From NCBI GenBank assembly GCA_024692565.1, contig JAILMN010000030.1, positions 43 to 64,042 on the forward strand: DNA of 64,000 nucleotides. The letters are read 5' to 3'. This DNA is from Paludibacteraceae bacterium (lineage in GTDB: Bacteria > Bacteroidota > Bacteroidia > Bacteroidales > Paludibacteraceae). Made by a program: the position numbers and the translations under genes. The stretch's first letter is position 1. Each line of letters begins with the position of its first letter. The notes below the pieces were generated by a model that was given only the letters and a program-made list of their open reading frames with translations, searched no databases and was not told the origin of the DNA. Shown here one piece after another: positions 1 through 7,995 of the stretch.

Positions 1-152
1 TCCGATAACTTGCTGCTGATGGTGGTAAGGACGCTTTTCTGCTGCTCGAGCGTGAGCGTTGCCCAGTACCGCCGCGTGCCTTCTTCTTTCTTGGCACTCG
101 CACCGTGGTCGTACAACAGCGGCCAGAGTTTGTTAAATAAAAATTCTTCCAT
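1..152 (-). CDS. hypothetical protein, 5' part only (runs off window start)
   Basis: ATG at 150-152 (minus) opens MEEFLFNKLWPLLYDHGASAKKEEGTRRYWATLTLEQQKSVLTTISSKLS to the window edge. Absent from the ORF track because it is truncated. No family recognised. Confidence 0.3.
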   Translation of the reverse strand, partial: MEEFLFNKLWPLLYDHGASAKKEEGTRRYWATLTLEQQKSVLTTISSKLS

Positions 153-419
153 AATGTTCTTAAAAAGGTGCTGGTGGTAAAGGTTCGCTATGGGGTTAGG
201 GGCATAGTATACACTTTACCACCACCAACTTTTTTCTTTATTCTTTTTTGGTTCTTTTTTCTGTTTCTTTTATACGAGATTTAGCAGCCGTCCCCTCAGG
301 GAAGATGTAGCATGTACTCCGGCAAAAACGTTGTGGAGCGGTTGGGGAACGCGGAACACGAATGCGGGGCAGCATGTTTTTTGAGGAGTATATGCGCTAT
401 CCGAATGGCTGCCCGGCTG

Positions 420-878
420 CTAAATCTCCGCTTGGCGAGAAAGCATCTCCTCGACGACTTCGGGCTGCTTATCGAAGCGGCTTTTGTTAAAATCCATTCT
501 CGTGAACATTTGTCCGGTGACATAGCCGATGAAGTTGGTGATTTTGAACGAACGCCAATCTTTTTTGTCGATGTCGTAATAGTTGATGACTTCGAAATTA
601 GGCTTGGCGGTACTTGTGCCTTTCGGGGCATCGTCACGAGGGATAACGTGCACGGAGAGCGTGCCGCGTGCTTCGCGGATAGAGCCGTCGTCTTTGAAAT
701 AGGAAAAGTGAATCACGCCGTTGGCGAGCCACTTGCGGAAACGAACGAAATACCAGCCGTAGCGGAGGATGTCGCCCCACCGGTTTAGAACCGGAGCAGG
801 ATAGCCATTCGGAGACACGGGTTTCTTGTTGTACAGGATGTGCGCCATACGCAAGGCGCGTTGATTGTTAGTGATCAT
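420..878 (-). CDS. phage/mobile-element associated SH3-like (DUF2693-like) protein
   Basis: Track ORF 420..1004 trimmed to the ATG at 876-878, just after the upstream HNH ORF stop (892). FSYFKDDGSIREARGTL...YYDIDKKDWRSFKITNF resembles the DUF2693 pattern (from memory). Confidence 0.5.
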   Translation of the reverse strand: MITNNQRALRMAHILYNKKPVSPNGYPAPVLNRWGDILRYGWYFVRFRKWLANGVIHFSYFKDDGSIREARGTLSVHVIPRDDAPKGTSTAKPNFEVINYYDIDKKDWRSFKITNFIGYVTGQMFTRMDFNKSRFDKQPEVVEEMLSRQAEI

Positions 879-891
879 AATTTTCGGGTTT

Positions 892-1302
892 TTAGATTTC
901 ACAATGGTGGGACATTTCGAAGACCATGGGGTCAACCAAAGACCGCACGTAGATCTTACCGGAACGCATGGCTTTGTCGAAGCGACGATGCTCGTCGGGG
1001 TCAAGAAAAATGAGGTTCGTGGGGCGGTTGTTGAACTTGTTTCCGTCCAGATGATGGCAGTGTTGCCCGGGTTTTCGCATGCCCCAAAAAGTGGAGCAAA
1101 CCAAGATGTGAATACGGCATTCTTTGCCGCCGATTCTCACATGCGGATGGCAACTGCCACGTTTGTAATTTCGGGCTGCCGGACCAAACCTGGGTTTGAT
1201 GATGTGCCCTTTAGCGTTTCTGATGTTGCCGTCTGAATCGGCATAGTACGTTTTACCGCCAATGAGTTCAGGCGGAATAAGTTTGATAATTGTTGGTTTC
1301 AT
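892..1302 (-). CDS. HNH endonuclease
   Basis: 136-aa ORF with core CHHLDGNKFNNRPTNL (H-N-N) and upstream Cys/His pairs. Phage-type HNH. Confidence 0.75.
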   Translation of the reverse strand: MKPTIIKLIPPELIGGKTYYADSDGNIRNAKGHIIKPRFGPAARNYKRGSCHPHVRIGGKECRIHILVCSTFWGMRKPGQHCHHLDGNKFNNRPTNLIFLDPDEHRRFDKAMRSGKIYVRSLVDPMVFEMSHHCEI

Positions 1303-1370
1303 AATGCATCGCCTCTCGGGGGAAAGTTAATCCCGAAAAGCGGTGCAAAGGTATAGGTATGTGAAAAAAC

Positions 1371-1434
1371 GGGGGATAGTTAGGGATATTTAGGGATATT
1401 TTAGGCACTTTTGGGTACTTTTGGGCACTTTTCC
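1371..1434. repeat. 10-bp phased array (TWGGGNAYTT x6-7)
   Basis: gggggatagt tagggatatt tagggatatt ttaggcactt ttgggtactt ttgggcactt, in exact 10-bp register. It lies 20-90 bp upstream of the -7-like box at 1346-1353. Confidence 0.85.
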
Positions 1435-1464
1435 GGCGGTGCACGGATGGGATAAATCATAGTT

Positions 1465-1650
1465 TTAGAGTTCGATATTAAAGGTTGAGCAGATATAGTT
1501 AACAGCGGTCGGAGGCAGCATTTTATCGTATTTACGCACTCCCAAGTCCGCGAGTTTTCGCTGATGTTCGGGGTCTTGCAACCATCGTTTAAGTACTTTA
1601 AGGCTCACTCCGGCAGCCCGCGCTATTTCAGATTTATACATAGATTTCAT
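1465..1650 (-). CDS. DUF4248-like small HTH protein
   Basis: Track ORF trimmed to M29. MKSMYKSEIARAAGVSLKVLKRWLQ...KMLPPTAVNYI fits Bacteroidales DUF4248 proteins. Confidence 0.5.
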   Translation of the reverse strand: MKSMYKSEIARAAGVSLKVLKRWLQDPEHQRKLADLGVRKYDKMLPPTAVNYICSTFNIEL

Positions 1651-1783
1651 TTTGCATAGATTATGTTGTTTCACATGGGTTGTTTCGCACAATCTAAGCA
1701 ACTCGGAGGTGCGCGTGCCATTACTTATAGGCATAAAAAAAGTGACCCACGATGTGAGTCACTTCGATCGATCGATTATTCGA

Positions 1784-3028
1784 TTACCTAACCTCTATAC
1801 CTTGTGCGTTAAAGGTCTTGCCGTTTTTCTCTATCAGCATCTGACCATCACGAACGCGCTTTACAGCATTCACCTTTGCGTCTGTATTGTCCAGAGCTGA
1901 AGGTAATAACTCCGAGAAGATAGCAGTAATCGTGATATCGCCGGTTACCGTGTGCGTGTAGGTCGGAGTGGTCTCATCAGGACTTAAATCTCCGTCAATA
2001 TCCCAACCCTCAAACTGCCAGTCGACATTAGCCATTGCTTCCATGGATGCTTCTGTGTTTTCGTCATAAACACCGGTACCGTCACCGTTGGTGAAATTAA
2101 CAACGCCATCTGCGTTATCCGGATATTTTGCCAATGTCACGGTGTATGTCTGCGCAGCCGGAGCCTGGTAATCTACCACCAGACGAACGGAATGGCCTGT
2201 AGAACGGTTGTAAAAATTCTCGCTCGTCTCCCGATGGACGTTGAAAGCATCGCAGTTCACCTCATTTTTTGTAAACTCAAAAGCACATGCCTGCGTAGCT
2301 TGGGTGCCAAAATGTGTAGCACTCCAGTAGATACCCGTAGCATTATTGCCTTCATACGCAGCCATAGCTGCTTCATCACGGTAACCGGCCGCAGGCAAGA
2401 ATACAGCACCAAAGCTCTCCATCTGATACCACTGTTCTGCATTATACACATTGGTATTCCAAGCCGTTCCTTCAAGTACATCATGGAAACTCAATCCGTC
2501 CGGGCAAACAGTCCAATCGTCTTCCAAAAGCACAAAGCCTTTTACACCGGCTACGGTTGCAAAACCCAGCAGCGTAGACGAGCGAGTGAAAATCAGGTAG
2601 TCCCACTCGGCCGCGGTCAGTGTGCGCCATTCGTTGTTCAGACCATTTGTAATTTCATTATTCACGCCCCAGTCATAATTAGTCCCGGCAATGTCGTTAT
2701 TACCGTCGCCGTACTGAGTGTTATCCGCTATGTTCTGGAACGGCCAAGTGTTGTTATATTTGCTCGTTCCCCAACCGAACAAGTCTATCCATGCATCCAC
2801 ATCACTGCCGATATTAGTATTACCCTCGCCAATGATGTCATACTGGTTGTCTGCAAAGCGAAACTCATCCTCATGCGAGTTGTACTGCAAGTTACCTTTG
2901 GAGAACTGCACCTGCTTGGTGTTTGAAACAGAGAATTTACCATAAGTCAATGCACCAATTGCTTGGGCATTTAATTGCATACCGGCTGTCAGCACGAGGG
3001 CTGCAGCAAATAAGAAAATTTTTCTCAT
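1784..3028 (-). CDS. secreted protein (FISUMP/DUF1566-like core, Listeria-Bacteroides-type repeat, conserved C-terminal tail)
   Basis: Signal peptide MRKIFLFAAALVLTAGMQLNAQA. WRTLTAAEWDYL motif and WQFEGWD repeat. The tail KRVRDGQMLIEKNGKTFNAQGIEVR is shared with the 49601 and 57039 genes. Canonical promoter upstream. Confidence 0.7.
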   Translation of the reverse strand: MRKIFLFAAALVLTAGMQLNAQAIGALTYGKFSVSNTKQVQFSKGNLQYNSHEDEFRFADNQYDIIGEGNTNIGSDVDAWIDLFGWGTSKYNNTWPFQNIADNTQYGDGNNDIAGTNYDWGVNNEITNGLNNEWRTLTAAEWDYLIFTRSSTLLGFATVAGVKGFVLLEDDWTVCPDGLSFHDVLEGTAWNTNVYNAEQWYQMESFGAVFLPAAGYRDEAAMAAYEGNNATGIYWSATHFGTQATQACAFEFTKNEVNCDAFNVHRETSENFYNRSTGHSVRLVVDYQAPAAQTYTVTLAKYPDNADGVVNFTNGDGTGVYDENTEASMEAMANVDWQFEGWDIDGDLSPDETTPTYTHTVTGDITITAIFSELLPSALDNTDAKVNAVKRVRDGQMLIEKNGKTFNAQGIEVR

Positions 3029-3089
3029 AATTGTTTGTTGTTTTATGGTTAATAATGTTGATTTATTGTTGCATTTTTCATTTCGGGTG

Positions 3090-3121
3090 CAAAGGTACTA
3101 CTTTTTTTTGATATATGCAAA
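3090..3121 (-). promoter_or_regulatory. Bacteroidota sigma-A type promoter (-33 TTTG / -7 TACCTTTG)
   Basis: Minus strand TTTGCATATATCAAAAAAAAGTAGTACCTTTGCAC with a 20-nt spacer, upstream of the 1784..3028 gene. Confidence 0.8.
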
Positions 3122-3133
3122 TTATTTCATTTT

Positions 3134-3952
3134 TTAATGAAGCGGGATGTGGTGGGACTGTTTGTAGTGCTTGAGGCGGAGGGTCATTTCGTTCCGGGTC
3201 TGCGGCGTGCAGAAGGTTTGAACGAAGCGCTCCCAGATATATTGGATCGCCAGCGAAGAAGGATGCACCAGGTCGTCCGCGTAAAAACGATAGTCACGCA
3301 GTTCGTCCAGCATGATTTCGTAGGAGGGGAAATAAGATGGGGTGAGTTCTTCGATGGCTTGCAGCAGGGTGGCTTTGCTCAATTGATTCTCATGCAGACC
3401 GTCTTTGATGTGCCGAATCGGTGAGACGGTGAAGAGCCATTTTTTGTCTGCATAACGTTCCAAAAGCGGTTTCCATGCTGCCACTATCTCCTCGACGCTC
3501 AGGCGCCTGCGAGTGAAAGTGCTCTCCGGCAACTTATGACAATTGCCCACGATCTGCCCGTTCATCTCATACACCCAAGCGGTGCCGAACGTGACGATGA
3601 TGACCGTCGCTTCTTCCAACGCGTGCTGCATCGTAGTTATCGAATCGGCTACTGCCTGCTCCGCTTCGATCTTGTCAGCACGCGAGAACGAACCATGATG
3701 CGCCATCGAGTGCCATAAACCTTCGTGGTAAACCAATGGAAGATTGGAGATTGAAGATTGAAGATTGATGGCATTCGCAATCGAAAGCGGGTTATACAGC
3801 GTGCCAAAGGGGTTACAAGTGACGTTCAAGCCGCGTTGCATCATCTGCTCGCCCATCGAGTCCGCGAAACACGAACCCAACATGAGGATGTTGTCCTCAA
3901 AGCCGATTTTCCACGGCGACGGAGCAATATCAACTATCGTTTGCAGTTTCAT
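3134..3952 (-). CDS. GSCFA family protein
   Basis: Literal LGSCFAD motif near the N-terminus; 272-aa ORF. Confidence 0.8.
   Translation of the reverse strand: MKLQTIVDIAPSPWKIGFEDNILMLGSCFADSMGEQMMQRGLNVTCNPFGTLYNPLSIANAINLQSSISNLPLVYHEGLWHSMAHHGSFSRADKIEAEQAVADSITTMQHALEEATVIIVTFGTAWVYEMNGQIVGNCHKLPESTFTRRRLSVEEIVAAWKPLLERYADKKWLFTVSPIRHIKDGLHENQLSKATLLQAIEELTPSYFPSYEIMLDELRDYRFYADDLVHPSSLAIQYIWERFVQTFCTPQTRNEMTLRLKHYKQSHHIPLH
3741..3768 (-). repeat. heptamer array AGATTGR x4 inside the GSCFA CDS
   Basis: agattgg agattga agattga agattga. The coding strand reads TCAATCT/CCAATCT and encodes NLQSSISNL. Confidence 0.9.
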
Positions 3953-3960
3953 CTTACACC

Positions 3961-5193
3961 TTACTCAAAATGCATCACTTTCGCAGGACTGATCTTACTG
4001 ATGATGACGGACGGCAACAGCAGTATGAGCAACGAGAACACGATCGTCAGCACATTGAGCGCGATAATCCACCCCCACGCAAAGACAATCGGCACACTGC
4101 TCACATAGTACGTAGCGGCATCGAGCGGCATCACATGACCGAAATACTGCACCGTTGCCAAACCCAAACCGAGGATATTTCCCCACAGCACACCTTTGCC
4201 GATGAGCATCGCCGCTTGCGTTAGGAAGATGCGCTGCACGAAGCGGTTGTCGGCTCCCAGGGCTTTGAGCGTACCAATCAGTTGCACGCCGTCCAGAATC
4301 AAGATAATCAGTCCCGACACCATGTTAAACCCTGCCACCAAGAGCATCAGAATGATGATGACGATGACATTCATGTCGAGTAGATCGAGCCACGCGAAGA
4401 TAGCCGGATTCTGCTCCTGCAGCGTCTGGACGTAATAGACATTATAGCCGTTCTCGTCCATCTGATGCACGGTAGCGAAGAACACTTTGTCTGCCACCTC
4501 GTCCAAATGCGCGATGTCGTCTATCAGCACCTCGACACCCGAATAGGTGTTCTTCTCCCAACCTTGCAAGCGCCGCGCCGTTTCCAAGGGCGTCAACACA
4601 AACAGGTCATCAAACTGACCGAAACCGGTGTCATACAATCCGACAATCTTAAAACGCCGTGCCCGGACGTCTGTCTCATCCACGAAATAACTGTTCACCG
4701 CCTCGCCTACCCGCAACTGCAGCGCTTGCGCTGTAGCCCGCGAAACCAATATCTCTTGCGGCGAAGAAGGCAATGTGCCTTCGATGATGTTGTGCGCAAA
4801 GAAGTCCCAATAGTCCGTGCCTTTAAGCACCATGCCGTGAAAAGAAGAATCGGTCTTGAGCATGCCGGGCTTGGTGATGAACGGCGCGGCAGAAACCACA
4901 TGTTCATAACTGCCCAGCGCCGCCAGCAACGAGTCGGACACGTCTATCGGATGCAGGTCGTAGGTGTTGTTGTTATCGAACGAAACGACCTGTATATGTG
5001 CCCCGAAACCGGCTACTTTATTCGTCACCGTTTGCTTGAATCCCACCACGATACAGATGGTCAGAATCATCACCATCACACCTACGATGATGCCCGCCAA
5101 AGCGACCCGCACAGCAGGACGCGCATTGCGCGTCTTACCTTGTTGCGAAAAATAAAGTCGCATTGCAAGCATTATTTCCGGCATTTTTTGCAT
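3961..5193 (-). CDS. ABC transporter permease, FtsX/LolE-like
   Basis: N-terminal TM, a large periplasmic domain, then a C-terminal FtsX-type 3-TM bundle. Start chosen at M14 (MQKMPEIM...); alternatives lie within about 30 nt. Confidence 0.8.
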   Translation of the reverse strand: MQKMPEIMLAMRLYFSQQGKTRNARPAVRVALAGIIVGVMVMILTICIVVGFKQTVTNKVAGFGAHIQVVSFDNNNTYDLHPIDVSDSLLAALGSYEHVVSAAPFITKPGMLKTDSSFHGMVLKGTDYWDFFAHNIIEGTLPSSPQEILVSRATAQALQLRVGEAVNSYFVDETDVRARRFKIVGLYDTGFGQFDDLFVLTPLETARRLQGWEKNTYSGVEVLIDDIAHLDEVADKVFFATVHQMDENGYNVYYVQTLQEQNPAIFAWLDLLDMNVIVIIILMLLVAGFNMVSGLIILILDGVQLIGTLKALGADNRFVQRIFLTQAAMLIGKGVLWGNILGLGLATVQYFGHVMPLDAATYYVSSVPIVFAWGWIIALNVLTIVFSLLILLLPSVIISKISPAKVMHFE

Positions 5194-5224
5194 TTTCGGC
5201 ACGATTTTTGTAGTGATTTTGTAT

Positions 5225-5635
5225 ATGTACAAACGGTTTTTATTTATCTTAGCGGGTTTGATGAGTGCTATACTCTCTTTGGCCCAGGTGCCACCTCAGG
5301 AGCGGCCTCAGCGTACGCCGGAGGAGGAAGCTCAGAAGCAGACGATGCGGTTGTGCCGCGAATTGGGTATCAAGGACTCCGTGCGTATCGATACCATCTA
5401 TCGGATGCACCTCAAGTATGCTCGTGTACGGCAGAAAGGACTGACGCGGCAGGAGAATATGGAGCGGATGCAGGCCATCTACAATGAGTTGAAACTGCTG
5501 CTCACGCCTGAGGAATTCGAGCTGTTCATGAATCACCCTGTGGAGCAGCCTCGCCGCCCGAAGGGAGCCAATGTAACTTCGAAACCGGATATCGTAGTGA
5601 TACAAAAACAAGCACCGCAAAAAGCGAGCCGATGA
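5225..5635 (+). CDS. small secreted helical protein (DUF4890/Spy-like guess)
   Basis: Signal peptide MYKRFLFILAGLMSAILSLAQ followed by a charged helical region with LTPEEFELF. The 3' end overlaps the convergent PAP2 gene. Confidence 0.5.
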   Translation: MYKRFLFILAGLMSAILSLAQVPPQERPQRTPEEEAQKQTMRLCRELGIKDSVRIDTIYRMHLKYARVRQKGLTRQENMERMQAIYNELKLLLTPEEFELFMNHPVEQPRRPKGANVTSKPDIVVIQKQAPQKASR

Positions 5636-6116
5636 GCAAACCGCACACGATATCGCTCGGATAATGTGCACCCACATACATGCGACTATAGCAGACCAAA
5701 GCCACCCAAGTCATCATACAGACGGTGGCTATTTTATTGCGATAGAGCAAACTGAACAGCAGTCCTACCGCCATCGTGTTCGCCGCGTGGCTGCTGCAGA
5801 ATCCGTACCTGCCGCCTACATAATTGCACACCAGCCGTATCGGGTCAAGCGCCGGCTCGTGCGTAGGACGCAACCTGCCCACCAGCGGTTTGATGATACC
5901 GCTCGTGGTAAAATCGCTCAACCCGACCGCGACTCCAAAGCCCACCAAAATCAGCAGCACCGCTTTCCAGTTGCGGTACTTATACGCAATCAGCGCCAAC
6001 AACACTACGTACAACGCGTACCAGGTCTTCGAGCGACTCACCGTCCACATGATCGTATCGAGCCATTCGTTCCCATGCCCGTTGATCCAAAGCAATATGT
6101 CGTAGTCTATATTCAT
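5526..6116 (-). CDS. PAP2 family phosphatase
   Basis: KPLVGRLRP, SSH and SRMYVGAHYPSD acid-phosphatase motifs in a multi-TM protein. Confidence 0.8.
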   Translation of the reverse strand: MNIDYDILLWINGHGNEWLDTIMWTVSRSKTWYALYVVLLALIAYKYRNWKAVLLILVGFGVAVGLSDFTTSGIIKPLVGRLRPTHEPALDPIRLVCNYVGGRYGFCSSHAANTMAVGLLFSLLYRNKIATVCMMTWVALVCYSRMYVGAHYPSDIVCGLLIGSLFAVLVFVSLRYPVSKLHWLPSGGEAAPQGDS

Positions 6117-6817
6117 TCGTTTGCAAGTACGGCAGTATGGCAGGCTACAACAGCTGCGGTCTCTGTGCGCAGACGACTGTTACCCAAACTGACAGGCTGA
6201 AAACCGTTCTTTAAAGCCCACTCTACTTCTGCCGGCGAGAAATCGCCTTCCGCGCCGATGAGCACGGTGGTCTGATGTCCACGTACCACGCGGTCTTTTA
6301 AGGCACGTTTGCTGTCCGTCGCTTCGTACCCTTCGATACAATGCGCGATGAACTTATCGCCGTCCACCTGCAGATTCGTCATCTTCGTCATGGGGTGCAA
6401 TATCGGGAAACGCGTCTTGAGGCTCTGTTTAGCCGCAGCCACGACTATCTTCTGCAAGCGCTCGAAGTTCACCGTCTTGCGCTCCGAATGGTCGCAAAGC
6501 AGCAGCGTGATCTCATCCGCACCTATCTCCACACATTTCTCCAGCGCCCACTCCGTGCGGTCGATGTTCTTGGTTGGTGCCAACGCTATATGTACCTGCC
6601 CTTCGTGCAGCGGTGACGGCATCTCCACGGACTCAATGCGCAGCTCGCAATGCTTGCGATGCGGATTGGTGATGACGCAGTGGTACAGATGCCCTATGCC
6701 GTCCGTGACACAGATGGTATCACCTGCCGTGCGACGCAACACCTGCACGCAATGCCCGCTCTCCTCTTCGGGAAGCGTCAACGTCGTCTCAATATCAGGG
6801 GCGTAAAAAAGGTACAT
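6113..6817 (-). CDS. rsmE: 16S rRNA (uracil1498-N3)-methyltransferase
   Basis: 234 aa with an N-terminal PUA-like region and a C-terminal SPOUT region typical of RsmE. ATGA overlap with the downstream PAP2 gene. Confidence 0.8.
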   Translation of the reverse strand: MYLFYAPDIETTLTLPEEESGHCVQVLRRTAGDTICVTDGIGHLYHCVITNPHRKHCELRIESVEMPSPLHEGQVHIALAPTKNIDRTEWALEKCVEIGADEITLLLCDHSERKTVNFERLQKIVVAAAKQSLKTRFPILHPMTKMTNLQVDGDKFIAHCIEGYEATDSKRALKDRVVRGHQTTVLIGAEGDFSPAEVEWALKNGFQPVSLGNSRLRTETAAVVACHTAVLANE

Positions 6818-6819
6818 TG

Positions 6820-6868
6820 ACGATTGACGATTGACGATTTACGATTTACGATTGACGATTTACGATTT
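6820..6868 (-). repeat. heptamer array ACGATTK x7 filling the prfA-rsmE spacer
   Basis: Seven contiguous units run from the prfA stop (6867-6869) to 2 nt before the rsmE start (6815-6817). Confidence 0.95.
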
Positions 6869-7967
6869 ATAATTCCGATTCTTTCAGTCGTTCTGCGTTC
6901 TCGGCTACCTGCAGCGCATCGATGACACCTTGGATGTCGCCGTCCATTAAGGCCGCGAGGTTATATACGGTATAGCCTATACGGTGGTCGGTGATACGTC
7001 CCTGCGGGTAGTTGTACGTACGAATCTTGGCACTGCGGTCACCCGTCGAAACCATCGTCTTACGTCTTGCCGCGATGTCGTCAATATATTTCTGGTGCTC
7101 TTTGTCGTAGATCTGCGTACGCAGACGACTCAATGCCCGCTCCTTATTCTTCGGCTGGTCGCGCGTCTCGGTACATTCAATCAATATCTCTTGCACCTCA
7201 CCCGTGTTGGGGTTTTTCCAGTTATAACGCAGTCGCACACCCGACTCCACTTTATTCACGTTCTGTCCTCCTGCACCGCCTGAACGGAAAGTCTCCCACT
7301 TGATTTCTCCTTCGTTGATGTGCACTTCAAACTCATCGGCTTCGGGCAACACTGCCACCGTCGCAGCTGACGTATGCACGCGTCCTTGCGTCTCCGTCAC
7401 CGGAACACGTTGCACACGATGCACCCCCGACTCGTACTTGAGTGTGCCGTACACATTCTCACCCGTCACATTGAAGATAATCTCCTTGTAACCGCCTGCC
7501 GCACCTTCGTTAAACGACGAAACGGAGTACTTGAAACCCTTGATCTCGAAATACTTGGTGTACATACGGAAAAGGTCTCCGGCGAAGATAGCCGCCTCGT
7601 CACCGCCCGTACCACCACGAATCTCCATTACCACGTTCTTTCCGTCTTCGGGGTCTTGCGGCAACAATTGCAATTTCAACTCCTCTTCCAACTTCGGAAT
7701 CTGCGGCTCGAGTTCGTCTATCTCTGCCCGCGCCATCTCTTTCATCTCCGGGTCGTCCTCCGTATGAAAAAGATCCTTTGCGTCCTGCAGCTCCATCACG
7801 GCTTTCTTATAGCGATGCGCACACTCGAGCACGCGCTCGAGGTCGTGGTATTCACGGTTCAGACGCACATACCGCGCCTGATCGGCTATCACCGCAGGGT
7901 CGGTAATCAGCAGACTCACCTCATGGAACTTCGCCTCTAATCCGTCTATCTTATCGAGAATGTTCAT
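6867..7967 (-). CDS. prfA: peptide chain release factor 1
   Basis: GGQ motif (SGGAGGQNVNKV) and RF1-type PVT tripeptide. Confidence 0.95.
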   Translation of the reverse strand: MNILDKIDGLEAKFHEVSLLITDPAVIADQARYVRLNREYHDLERVLECAHRYKKAVMELQDAKDLFHTEDDPEMKEMARAEIDELEPQIPKLEEELKLQLLPQDPEDGKNVVMEIRGGTGGDEAAIFAGDLFRMYTKYFEIKGFKYSVSSFNEGAAGGYKEIIFNVTGENVYGTLKYESGVHRVQRVPVTETQGRVHTSAATVAVLPEADEFEVHINEGEIKWETFRSGGAGGQNVNKVESGVRLRYNWKNPNTGEVQEILIECTETRDQPKNKERALSRLRTQIYDKEHQKYIDDIAARRKTMVSTGDRSAKIRTYNYPQGRITDHRIGYTVYNLAALMDGDIQGVIDALQVAENAERLKESEL

Positions 7968-7995
7968 ACACCTTACACATTACACCTTACACTTA
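7968..7995 (-). repeat. heptamer array ACACNTT x4 spanning the folD 3' end and the folD-prfA spacer
   Basis: acacctt acacatt acacctt acactta begins right after the prfA start codon. It contains the folD stop and encodes the folD tail YKCKV. Confidence 0.9.

Noticed and set aside
4465-5487. Long antisense or alternate-frame ORFs in the track (also 12996..13685, 20046..21383, 28415..29458, 35764..36750, 43695..44591, 61896..62936 and others).
   Set aside because: Each lies entirely opposite, or out of frame to, a gene with clear family motifs. Their translations are R/H/Q-rich low-information sequence typical of shadow ORFs in moderately GC-rich coding DNA.
6820-6868. Could the short tandem arrays be CRISPR arrays or minisatellite-type CRISPR relics?
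   Set aside because: The units are 7-8 nt, contiguous and without unique spacers. No cas genes are present. The architecture is incompatible with CRISPR.
6867-7967. A programmed +1 frameshift site, as in release factor genes.
   Set aside because: That feature belongs to prfB (RF2). This gene is RF1 (PVT motif) and is a single uninterrupted ORF.
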